Of a DNA stretch of 64,000 bases, positions 18,355-27,863 are shown in pieces. Position 1 is the stretch's first letter. Each line of letters opens with the position of its first letter. This stretch comes from a virus. The notes beneath the pieces were generated by a model. That model was not told where the DNA came from, did no database searches, and was given only the letters and a program-made list of their open reading frames with translations. A program made the position numbers and the translations under genes. The stretch lies in the IMG/VR virus record IMGVR_UViG_3300025030_000067, positions 26,535 to 90,534 of that record; one strand, given 5' to 3'.

Positions 18355-20589
18355 AACCGCAAGAGGTAGTCACTCGTCTGATGGAGATGCGCACGGAAGT
18401 CCTGCGCACGATGCCGCATGTTGGCTGTAGCCCGTTATTCAATCCGGAGACCGACCCTTTTTCTCCGTTTTGTAATTGCTACAAGCGTGACCTGCTTCGT
18501 GCTCTTTTGGCTGCCGAGGGCGATGTCCGTGTTGCTCTTGGCCTGGAGCCGTTCTGATGTCATTCCACCGTCCCGGCTTTTACCCGGTGAATGAAGGAGG
18601 TAATTGTAATGGTTGATCCGCGCATAAAACTGATGGTCGATAAGCTCTGGCTGGAGTGTGAGTATGGCCGTATCGATGATGATTGGACGTGTGGCTTCCT
18701 CATGGACATGAAGGCCCGTATCAAGCTTGACCGTCCCTTTTCTGACAAACAGATTGAGAAAATTGAGCAGCTCTTCGAGAGGTACTAAAAATGAGCAATT
18801 CACTTATTGAATATGATCATGCGGTAAAAGAGGCACGGGCTGGGCGTGGTCGGTCGGTTTCAGATGAAGAGCTGTATAACCACATGCTGAAAAACTATCC
18901 CGAGTTTTCCCGCCTACCGTCGCTGCAGGACGTTATAAAACAGGCAATTGGTGGTGGGTACGCCGTGCGCCATGATTCTGGTCGGCTGTTCCTACTGCCT
19001 GACCATACCAAGGGGGTTTTGATATGAGTCGCACACCTGGCTCGTGGTCTGTTCGTGAAGCTTATTCCAATGGAGAGCCATGTGGCTTTGTAGTCCATTC
19101 CGGAGCCATTGATATCTGTGAAGTTGCATCTCGGGATGATGCTGATTTATTGGCTGCTGCTCCAGATCTTTATGCGGCTTGTGACGAAGCTGACACTGCT
19201 TTGGCGGTTATCGGTATTTCCGAACTTACTCCGCAGGCTCGGGGCTGCGTTCGTGAGGCTTGGCCGATGGTCCAGGCTGCGAGAGCGAAGGCTAGGCCGG
19301 GGAGCGTTTACGCCGAGGTCATTGACGAGGCTCACAAGTCGGAGATATCGCGGCTCGATGCTGTCAATTCCGATCTGCAGGCGGCACTGAAAATGATGCT
19401 GGATTATGTCAATGGCCTTCCAACAATGCCTTGCATCAGTAAGGCTATGGTGGTAGTGGGGGCTGCGCGTAGCGCCTTGTCCAAGGCCGGGGGTTCCGTA
19501 TGAGCAAGCATAGTCCTGGACCGTGGGAGTATCGCCATTTTGCCGCATGTTCGACCGGGAACCATATTGAATCGGCGTCCGACATGGTGAAAATTGGCAG
19601 CAAAATGATTCATATTTACAACAAGCACGATGCCGTCCTTATCTCCGAGGCACCAAATATGCTTGGCATGCTGGAGCTTGCCTTGAAGTATCTGGAACAT
19701 CCAGACGTGCAGGCCATTCCTTTTGCTGCTCCAGCCGAGTGTGTTGCTGACCGTATGCGTGCTCTCATTGCAAAGGCAAAAGGCGGAAAGTCATGATTGC
19801 CGCACGCTTCCGCAATGGTCGACTGTCGTTGGCAGTGCCTTCTCGTGGTGAGTTTGGTGATTGCATTTGCGAGCACATGCTGACTTATGACGAATTATTA
19901 GATATCCAGCAGAGTATAGATTCGGCTTTGTCGGAATATTTGGTTTATAAACTCTCTGATGGCGACGCCGATGTTGCCTGATCCTTTTGATCCGTTTGTC
20001 AACGTTGCCGGCTTCGTCAGAGAGTGTTGGCGGTGTGGTCATGTCTTGACCCGGGAGAATGACCATCTGCACAAGTGTCCTGTATGTGATGATTCTCGGC
20101 TTGTCCCGTACGGCAGTAGATTTGAGCTAACGGCGGATTTCCTTTATTGATCTGATAGACAGCAGTAAATAGTCCTGATATAATTGCGGCATATTCCCTG
20201 GAGGGTGTATGCCGCTTTTGTGTCCGGACTGTGCATATTCTGCTGACGAAGACGAACCTTACTGCTCCCGCTGCGGTCATGATCTTGTGCGTTCGCTCCG
20301 GCAGCGCAGTGTCCCTGTTGTGGTTCCTCGACAGGAGGTGGTAGTTGATCGCTTCAAGGTCAACTGCGTCTGCTATGGAGAGGTTCTTCGGTTTGATCCG
20401 GTTGACGAAGCGATGTCGTCTGTATTTCGCTGCGCCAAGTTCCAGCAGCGTGTTGATTGCATCGGTTGCCCGATCTGCACCAAGTGTGGGCAGCTCAAGT
20501 GTACTTGCGGTTTTGTCGGCATATCCATCGATGTGAAAATAAAAGGCACCGTCATCGAGACAGTGCCTTTGCGTGATCGGCTGGAATAG
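18351..20589 (+). other. Cluster of about 8 small hypothetical ORFs (18351-18557, 18591-18788, 18791-19027, 19024-19503, 19500-19796, 19793-19981, 19959-20150, 20209-20589)
   Basis: Tightly coupled ORFs with ATGA overlaps; two carry the phage TPGPW...LIAAAP motif; two are Cys-rich. Confidence 0.55.
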
Positions 20590-20595
20590 CTTTAG

Positions 20596-21156
20596 TTATG
20601 CGTTTTTCTTTGCTGCCCATTCCCTGTGGTATTTATTGTAACAATCCGCATGATAATAATTTTTCTTGTGTTTTTTCATATTAGCAACGTCATCGTACTC
20701 GTGACACCCACTACATTTTCTCCAGTCTTCGTTTCCGCACTCTTTTAATGCAATCATCTTTCGATGTATCGTTTGATGTTCTGCCCGGTTCTTGCAAATC
20801 ACTATTCCATACTTGTCGGTTCTTCCTTTGTTGTTATCCGTATGGTGAACCACTGCTCCAGGAGGCAATGGGCCACCTATCATTTTTTCTGCGATAACAA
20901 TATGTTCAAGCACATATCCATTGGAGCACGAACGCGGATGTTCTGGCATCAGGATCGTATTGTAACCTTTTGCTGTTTTGCGGTTGCCGCCTTTCCATTG
21001 GCTATGTTTTTCTCCATGTTGAGGTGGATTGTGCCCTGGACAATACTTGTTTGGGTCTCCTTTTTTGATGCCGAGCCTGGCATTGCTTCTGCTTTGGAAT
21101 TTCGTCTTTCCTCCGCATCCACAGTGACACTCTCCGTATGAAATATCTTTTTCCAT
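20596..21156 (-). CDS. HNH homing endonuclease
   Basis: CHCGCG; YVLEHIVIAEKMIG...VVHHTDNNK. Confidence 0.75.
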   Translation of the reverse strand: MEKDISYGECHCGCGGKTKFQSRSNARLGIKKGDPNKYCPGHNPPQHGEKHSQWKGGNRKTAKGYNTILMPEHPRSCSNGYVLEHIVIAEKMIGGPLPPGAVVHHTDNNKGRTDKYGIVICKNRAEHQTIHRKMIALKECGNEDWRKCSGCHEYDDVANMKKHKKNYYHADCYNKYHREWAAKKNA

Positions 21157-21160
21157 CTTA

Positions 21161-22393
21161 TTAACCACCTCTGTTTCTGTGTTTTGCCCACGTCTCATGC
21201 CCGGTGTACTCATACGGCCCAGCACAGGCACACCAAGGGTGGACAAGTCCAGCAACGGCCTTGAGTGTTTCGGCACCATCGCTTCTCCCGCCTGGTACTG
21301 TTTTGCCCCCACGGACGGGGTGCGGCTTACGACCTATATTTGTTCCGTTATTGATCAGGCGCGACAGCTTAAACAGCCGGGGTGTTTTCCCGTCTTTCTG
21401 TAAAAAAAGGTGTTTGCATTGAGCGCAGGCATCCGGCATCGGTCTCTTGTAGACCAGTTTATCAATGTTGCCGTCCTGCAGCAGCTTGTGCGCCATGCCT
21501 TGTTTCTGTGCGTCCGTCAGCTCATAAAACGCCACTCGGTCCCAGTCTCTTGCCTTGTCGGTCATGGTATGGTGCAGCTCGCTCGAAAACTGTCGCCACG
21601 TCTCGACCGGCCTGTCTGGTGTCGCTATCCCCTGCATCTGCTTCTCGTCGCGGTCCAGCACCTTCCTGTTGAGTTTCCTCGCGTGGAAGTCGATTGCCAT
21701 ACTGCGCACTGTTTCGGCCTGCTTCTTCGCCCACAGTTTCCCGGCTTCCGTCGCAAGATCGGCTGCATTGTTGGTGATGAAGTTCGCTGTCTGTTGTTCG
21801 GCCACGGCGATCGCGTGTAGGTCGGGTGCCAGTATCGGCGCATGAAGTGCCAGCTGCATGACCTCCTGGTATGTCTTGCCGGCTTCCACCGCCTCGATAA
21901 ATTTACCCATCAAGAAAGCGTTGCGAACGAAGTACATCTCTGCCGGTACCGAGGCAGCGAAGGTTTCCGGGGTAATCCCGGCATCCACGAGTCCGAGTTG
22001 CTTCCATCGTTCGAGCAGATCGGGTGCTGGCTGATAATCCACCGACTGGATCTGGCCGGCGACGAATGCGAACCGGTCGTTGATTGCCTGTTGTAATTGT
22101 CTCAACTGATCGGCGGTCAGCGGGGAATGGGAGACCGCCTTTTCCAGCTCTCCCTTGTTGATCATCCTGGCGTACCGTTCGATATCCCTTGCCGCCTGCC
22201 AGTACTCCTGCTGCATCATGTGGAACAGGATTCTCATGGCCTTGGTCCGGGGCTCCTTCGGGGTGTTGTCACAGGCGCAGGCCTTGGTCAGTGTATCGAT
22301 TACTTCTGGTTCGATACCGCTGGCCACTGCCATGCCTGAGAGCGCCTTACGGAGCTGGTCGTCGGTGAGGTTGTGTTCGACGGTCAGGTTCAT
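21161..22393 (-). CDS. Head morphogenesis protein (MuF/SPP1 gp7-like)
   Basis: DWDRVAFYE...ACAQC...VHPWCAC; near portal. Confidence 0.7.
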   Translation of the reverse strand: MNLTVEHNLTDDQLRKALSGMAVASGIEPEVIDTLTKACACDNTPKEPRTKAMRILFHMMQQEYWQAARDIERYARMINKGELEKAVSHSPLTADQLRQLQQAINDRFAFVAGQIQSVDYQPAPDLLERWKQLGLVDAGITPETFAASVPAEMYFVRNAFLMGKFIEAVEAGKTYQEVMQLALHAPILAPDLHAIAVAEQQTANFITNNAADLATEAGKLWAKKQAETVRSMAIDFHARKLNRKVLDRDEKQMQGIATPDRPVETWRQFSSELHHTMTDKARDWDRVAFYELTDAQKQGMAHKLLQDGNIDKLVYKRPMPDACAQCKHLFLQKDGKTPRLFKLSRLINNGTNIGRKPHPVRGGKTVPGGRSDGAETLKAVAGLVHPWCACAGPYEYTGHETWAKHRNRGG

Positions 22394-23751
22394 TATTTCG
22401 CCGATCTGTTGTGCTCTTTGACCATATTCATGTGCAGGTCTTCGTCGGCTGAGTCTTTTTCGGCGTGCCCTGCGGCTTTCAGGTGGAGTGCCGCCGCTTT
22501 TGCGTGGTCCTCTTTTGTTTTCGCCTTGTCGCCGACCTCGAACGCCTCTTTATCGGCTGCCTGGTATTCTGCGGATCCAGATCGGAACTTGCTGCCTGCT
22601 GGCTTCTCGGGTGCTTTGGCTTTTTTATCATGCTCTGCAGCCAACTCGTGCTTAACTGCAATCTTGGAGTGGACATCGAAAGCCGCATCGTCATGTTCGT
22701 TTTTAGCCATTTCCATGGCTTTGTTGTTGAGTTTGGCGGCTTCTTGGTGGTCTTCTTTGTTCCCGGATGCAGTCGCTTTTTTACTGGCAGAGAGTGCAAC
22801 CTGTCGCATGCCGTCTTTGCCACCTTTTTTGTAATAGTGTTCCGGTTCTGACGATTTGTTTGACTCTGTCGCCTTTTTCTCGTGCTCTGCAGCCTTGGCT
22901 TCATGCTCGGCACTTCCCTCGCTGTCGTAGTCCAATTTTGCCGCTTCCTTGTGGGCATCGGCTGCGGCCTTGTGGTCGTCGGTTGTACCGCTCTTCTTGG
23001 CTTTGTCGCTGGCTGCGTATGCCTTATCGGTGGCGCTGATGGCAATACCAGACAGTCTCTGAACTTCCTTTCCGTGGGTTCTGGCTTCACCCGTGTGAAA
23101 ATCAGCCTTTTTCTGGGCTTCTTTCTCTCCTGGCTTACCGTAATGCTTATTTGCAAGCGCCATGTATGCGGTTGACGCTCTCATGTGCTGTTCCATCGCC
23201 AGCATATGCAGGCTGCTGCGTTTATTCAGCGTTGCGCTGTCGTGTGATGGCAGTTCGTTCCCTTTATCGTCATGGGACTCGCTGAATGCATGCCTGGTGA
23301 TTTCGTTTGCGTGGTTGCCAGAGTTTTCTGCATGATTTTCTTCATTGCCGCGATGGTAGCTCGCCATGCTGTGATTGGCCTGCAGGTGTCGGCTGGCTGC
23401 GTGCATGTGTTCGTTGATCTGTTCGTTGGTTGATGCGTGTCGAAGTGCCTCTACGTGAGCGTGAGCAGCGTCTGCATGGTTGGCGGCGACTACCTTCGTA
23501 TCTCTTGGGTCGTCCCAGTTATGTTTTGCCTGAGTTTCTTCAGCAAGTTTGCTGGCTTTCTGTGCTGCCTGCCGCTTGTCGTCATGTTCTTTTACCTGGA
23601 CGCTGGCCCCCGACGCCGTCGTGCGGGTGTATTCCTTGACGTGGCTTTTTCGGAGTGCCTCGGTATGGATGCTTCCGCCGACTTCGCTCTTTTTCAATTG
23701 TTCCACGGCTTCTGATGCCTGATCGATGGCTTGTTTAAGTTCGGTGTTCAT
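22393..23751 (-). CDS. His/Ala-rich putative internal head protein
   Basis: 452 aa; LRKSHVKEYTRTTASG motif; AAxAHxxAA helical repeats. Confidence 0.55.
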   Translation of the reverse strand: MNTELKQAIDQASEAVEQLKKSEVGGSIHTEALRKSHVKEYTRTTASGASVQVKEHDDKRQAAQKASKLAEETQAKHNWDDPRDTKVVAANHADAAHAHVEALRHASTNEQINEHMHAASRHLQANHSMASYHRGNEENHAENSGNHANEITRHAFSESHDDKGNELPSHDSATLNKRSSLHMLAMEQHMRASTAYMALANKHYGKPGEKEAQKKADFHTGEARTHGKEVQRLSGIAISATDKAYAASDKAKKSGTTDDHKAAADAHKEAAKLDYDSEGSAEHEAKAAEHEKKATESNKSSEPEHYYKKGGKDGMRQVALSASKKATASGNKEDHQEAAKLNNKAMEMAKNEHDDAAFDVHSKIAVKHELAAEHDKKAKAPEKPAGSKFRSGSAEYQAADKEAFEVGDKAKTKEDHAKAAALHLKAAGHAEKDSADEDLHMNMVKEHNRSAK

Positions 23752-23764
23752 TGAGTATCTCTCC

Positions 23765-25093
23765 TTATGGCATAGTCCAGATTAGGCCGTGGCCTTTTGA
23801 TGCTGCCCATTGCTTGGCGTGTTTCTTGGCTTCGGCATATGGCATGTTCGGTGTCACGATGTAGTCTTCGCCTTCCTTGTGGTTTGCGAAGTCAATCTTT
23901 CTATTCTGGCTGAACATCCATCTGCCTGTTCCCTTCGGTGTCTTACCGTGGGACATTTCGTGTTCAGTAGTTTCTACCGTTACTCGCGAGGTTGGAATGG
24001 CTGGTTTGCTCTGCGTTGCGGAGGGAGCCGGGGTTTCTGCTTTCGGTTCTTCCTTGATCTTGGAGATGTACCGTGCGTAGTCGTATCCTTGCGAGTCCAC
24101 CAGATACCGGTTGCCGTTCGTATGCTTCAGGATGAATGATTTGTGGCCGTTGGCTTCTTGCTTCTTCATGAACTCTTTGCTGAATGAGGTTCCGCCTGGC
24201 ACGATCTCACCTTTGTATGTTCTCGGGTGTGTACCGTATACTTCGCCCATGGTGTGATGCCTGGCCTCGGTGCCTTCGACTTCTTTGGCTGGTATATGTG
24301 GCGGGTGCCCGTTTCTGGCATCGTCGCTGTCGGCATGACTAAATTTTTCCAGTTTTGAGTGCATCCTTTTCACGTACCGGTTTGACACCTGCTGCAGGTG
24401 CTCGCTTGCTTCCGTTTCGGTCATGTCGGCTTTCGGAGCTGCTGCTTTCTCTGCCATCATCTTCACATCGGACAGGACATCGTGAGCTGCTTTGGCTGTT
24501 GGGTTGGCTTTGAGGGCTTCCAGCTTGTGGTCGATGAATGGTTTGTATTCGGCCATCTTCGGGTCGGCGGCTATCTTGGCTACCGCTTCGTGGGTCATAC
24601 TCACCAGTTTGGCGACGTGCTGTTCATGCTCGGTTTGCTCTGGATTGGCTGCGAGCTTGTCTTGGCGATTTTGCTCACGCTCGTGCTCTAAAGACGTTTC
24701 AAAGTGGTGTTGGTTTTTTCGCATGTGGTATGTGTATGGCGATGAATCTTCTTTATAAAGTTTTGCTGCTTGATGGTGGAGGTTCATGGCGTGCTGATGG
24801 GCTGCAGCAGCCTCGGCGTGCGTGTGGGTGCTGAGTCCATTAGTGGCAAGATCGTAGCTGATATTGTCGGCGTGGTGGCTGGCTTCCATGTGGTGTTCGG
24901 GAAGCCCTTGCGCTCCCTTTGCCTGAATGTGGCTCACGGTGCCGCTGGCATTCGTTCTTTCGTACCCGACGTGGTGCGGATCCCCAAACAAGCTCATTTG
25001 GCTCTTCTTGAGGATTTCTGCCATCTGCTGGCCGAGGTCGATCGCTTTCGCGAGGTCTTCAATTTCTTTACTCATGGTGGCTGGCTCCTTCAT
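23765..25093 (-). CDS. Putative internal head protein
   Basis: 442 aa; LKKSQMSLFG...YERTNASG motif shared with the polyprotein. Confidence 0.55.
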   Translation of the reverse strand: MKEPATMSKEIEDLAKAIDLGQQMAEILKKSQMSLFGDPHHVGYERTNASGTVSHIQAKGAQGLPEHHMEASHHADNISYDLATNGLSTHTHAEAAAAHQHAMNLHHQAAKLYKEDSSPYTYHMRKNQHHFETSLEHEREQNRQDKLAANPEQTEHEQHVAKLVSMTHEAVAKIAADPKMAEYKPFIDHKLEALKANPTAKAAHDVLSDVKMMAEKAAAPKADMTETEASEHLQQVSNRYVKRMHSKLEKFSHADSDDARNGHPPHIPAKEVEGTEARHHTMGEVYGTHPRTYKGEIVPGGTSFSKEFMKKQEANGHKSFILKHTNGNRYLVDSQGYDYARYISKIKEEPKAETPAPSATQSKPAIPTSRVTVETTEHEMSHGKTPKGTGRWMFSQNRKIDFANHKEGEDYIVTPNMPYAEAKKHAKQWAASKGHGLIWTMP

Positions 25094-25131
25094 CGTTTCG
25101 TTATATTGGTTAAGCCATGTGTCTTGAATGA

Positions 25132-26865
25132 TCAGTCGAGTGTGATCTTGAGGAACTTCGTCTCGGGCTGTGACTTCCGCATTGACTTGTAATACTGGTC
25201 ACTGTCGCCGCCCTGTTGATCGTCTCCCTGGTCTTCGTCCTGATCCGGTTCTTCTTCTGCCTGTTGCTGCTGTGCGAATGTGTTCAGGTAGTTCGGGATC
25301 GGCACGTCTGCAGGGTAATTCCATGGGTTCTTGTCGTACTTCTCTTTGTTCTCGTCGCCCTCCTGGAGCTTGCTGTACTGCTCTGGCGGCAGGTAGAATC
25401 CGATGGGGGCTCCGCCTTCTTCCATGCGACATTCGTTCTTGGTGATCCATTTGGAGACTCGGCTGGTGCGGATATCGACCGCCTGTTTCTCGTCTTCCGG
25501 GTTCAGGCCAACAACTATCAGCTTGAGGTCGTCATATCTAGGTTTAATGAGTGCGTCGGTGAGCCATTCCGCCATGTCGGTGATGGAAGGGATGAGTCCG
25601 TGTTCTTTCGAGAACTCAATTTCTCCGGAGGCATTACCGGCAAAGATGCTACCGCCGCCTGCGCCACTGTCGGTCTCCATGTTCAGTGTGCTGGGGTGGG
25701 CTCCGTAGGCCGAGCATTTGAACATGACCATCATCCTGATCATCTGGTCGAACAGCATGTCCTTTGGAGACTCGCGGAGCTTCACGCTTTCGATCTTGAA
25801 GTTCTCCATGTCGCCGGCAGGGATTACCGGCAGGCGCCAGTTGTTGCCGACTCCACCAGCCTCGCCAAGTATCTGCTGCTTGAACGCGGCCAAGCCTTCT
25901 TTGTCGTAGTCGCCGGAGACCGTCAGCACCTGCTCGGGATAGTTGGTCTTGAACATCTCGCGGTTGTATGTGAATGCCATGAGCAGGCTGGTGGTGATGT
26001 CCAGTGACTCTTCCAAGCGGGATGTACCGTATCCCCATCGGTTGAGCCGGTCGCTCGGGTTACTGATGTGGACGCTGATTTCGTCGTCGGTGAATGCAGC
26101 TGTGATCATACCGTCGATCATCTGGACATAGCTGGCACGGGCGAGGTCAAACCCGGTGGAGTACGACATCTTGTTTATCGTGTCTCGGCCTACCTTGCCG
26201 TTGCTCTCGTTCTTTTGAGCCCATGCCCGAATTGACTCATCCACGTTCTTGATCGTCTCTCCTGGCAGCCAGTGGAATGCTGCGTAGCCTTGGCCGTCTC
26301 GGCGTTTGTATCGGAGGATGCATTTGCGGTCGATGATCAGCTCCGTGCGGGTCAGAACGCCGACGAGGTCTTTCAATCGGGTATGTGGCCGGACGTTGTG
26401 CGGGTAGAGGTAGATGTGTTCGGTGGGCGTCGGGTCGCTGATGAATTTCTCCATCTCGTGGCAGCGTTCTTTATCCTGTCTGGTGACCTTGTAGTCGGGA
26501 TCATCTGCGCGGTCGTGAACAACTCTGAATCCAATCTCCTTGTTCTTGCCCTCATTGGCCTTCTGCCAGATGCGTTTCTGCTGGTCGGTCCGGGCTCTGA
26601 TCAGGATGCGGTCGAGGGTGGATTTTTCTGCGGCTTCGTACAGGATGGAAAACTGCGGGGTGCCTATTGGCTTTTCTCGGGCTCCCATTACTATTGAGTT
26701 GTTTAATGCGAATTTGGAGAAGAAAGACGCTTTATTTTCGTCTCTTCGCATTTTATTAGCTTCTGATTTTATCAGGTCGTCCGCTGAATGTTTTGGCACC
26801 AATAATCCTGATGAAAGTTGCACTGACTCTTCAAACACTCTGTTCAGGAATAATTTGTTATGCAT
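25132..26865 (-). CDS. Portal protein
   Basis: 577 aa; GYGTSRLE, NNWRLPVI, KDMLF, SKEHGLIP, ITKNECR motifs of SPO1/Twort-type portals. Confidence 0.85.
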   Translation of the reverse strand: MHNKLFLNRVFEESVQLSSGLLVPKHSADDLIKSEANKMRRDENKASFFSKFALNNSIVMGAREKPIGTPQFSILYEAAEKSTLDRILIRARTDQQKRIWQKANEGKNKEIGFRVVHDRADDPDYKVTRQDKERCHEMEKFISDPTPTEHIYLYPHNVRPHTRLKDLVGVLTRTELIIDRKCILRYKRRDGQGYAAFHWLPGETIKNVDESIRAWAQKNESNGKVGRDTINKMSYSTGFDLARASYVQMIDGMITAAFTDDEISVHISNPSDRLNRWGYGTSRLEESLDITTSLLMAFTYNREMFKTNYPEQVLTVSGDYDKEGLAAFKQQILGEAGGVGNNWRLPVIPAGDMENFKIESVKLRESPKDMLFDQMIRMMVMFKCSAYGAHPSTLNMETDSGAGGGSIFAGNASGEIEFSKEHGLIPSITDMAEWLTDALIKPRYDDLKLIVVGLNPEDEKQAVDIRTSRVSKWITKNECRMEEGGAPIGFYLPPEQYSKLQEGDENKEKYDKNPWNYPADVPIPNYLNTFAQQQQAEEEPDQDEDQGDDQQGGDSDQYYKSMRKSQPETKFLKITLD

Positions 26866-27334
26866 TGGCCGTCTCCTGATAATTCTTCCAAGACTGGTTG
26901 TTTAATATTTTAGCGGTCTGAGCGATTGATAGTCCGTATCTCTGGCCGATTGATTTATATGTTCCGGTTTTCCCGTTTCGTCGCATTTCCTGCACTTGCT
27001 TGAGTGTTACCTTTGCTTCGTTGTGACGTTCTCCGTCTGGTTGACGCCGCTTCTTGGTCCTGTCTGCTACGTTTTCTATGTTTGTTCCGACGAACAGGTG
27101 GTCGGGTCGGATGCATCTGGGGTTGTCGCATTTATGCAGGACTTGCAATCCTTCTGGTATCGGGCCGTTGTGCATCTCCCAAGAGAATCGGTGCGCTTTC
27201 CCCATTTTCCCGTGGTGGTGAAAGAACCCGTATCCGTCTTTATCTCTTGCTGCCTGCCACTCCCAGCACTCTTTGCTCTTGTCTACTTTCTCCCAGAAGT
27301 TTTCTTCCGGCGTTCTGACTGGCCATCTTGGCAT
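26858..27334 (-). CDS. HNH endonuclease
   Basis: FWEKVDKS.ECWEW...AHRFSW...VLHKCDNPRCIRPDHL.GT..EN. Confidence 0.9.
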   Translation of the reverse strand: MPRWPVRTPEENFWEKVDKSKECWEWQAARDKDGYGFFHHHGKMGKAHRFSWEMHNGPIPEGLQVLHKCDNPRCIRPDHLFVGTNIENVADRTKKRRQPDGERHNEAKVTLKQVQEMRRNGKTGTYKSIGQRYGLSIAQTAKILNNQSWKNYQETANA

Positions 27335-27482
27335 TTCACATCTCCGTGTGCGTCCCGATTATTCTCTGTGCCCAGGACGGTCGGAGTTCCGTCTTTTCTC
27401 CCGCTAAAGATAGGGCACAGCATGTCTTGTTAGACAATACTGTGCCCTAATTTGTAGCGTATATCAAACTGTTTGCCGCTGG

Positions 27483-27725
27483 TTAGCCTTTAACCATATA
27501 CAGAGTTTTACCTCTTATAATTGCAAGAAGTTCTGCATCTGTCTTCTCTTGGACCGGTCCATATACCGTCTCTGCAACACCGTGAATCCAATTAAGGAGC
27601 TTCTCTGCATCCGCGATCACGTCATCGCTATTTATCCCTCGTCCATGGCTGTCCGCACTTTCCAATATTTCTTTACTCATCTTCAAACACGTTAATCTTA
27701 ATTTTCGTTGGTTCATTGGTTTCAT
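27483..27725 (-). CDS. Hypothetical protein (80 aa)
   Basis: AAGGGAG RBS; directly after the downstream array. Confidence 0.5.
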   Translation of the reverse strand: MKPMNQRKLRLTCLKMSKEILESADSHGRGINSDDVIADAEKLLNWIHGVAETVYGPVQEKTDAELLAIIRGKTLYMVKG

Positions 27726-27745
27726 CTCCCTTTTGGGTTTAATGT

Positions 27746-27863
27746 TTGGGCGCTTTGTAGATCTGGTTTTCTAATTATGCTTGGCACGCTTCCTTGTATT
27801 GGTGTTCTTATGTGGAGTGGCTCGCTACGTCAACGTGGTTTTCTTTTGCACCTTGGCTATGCT
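27746..27863 (-). repeat. TIGR-like array, downstream part (3 units of 36 nt)
   Basis: On + strand TGGCWCGCT-type repeats at 27746, 27782, 27818, 27854 alternate with TGGTKTTCT at 27764, 27800, 27836, separated by unique 9-mers. Confidence 0.8.
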
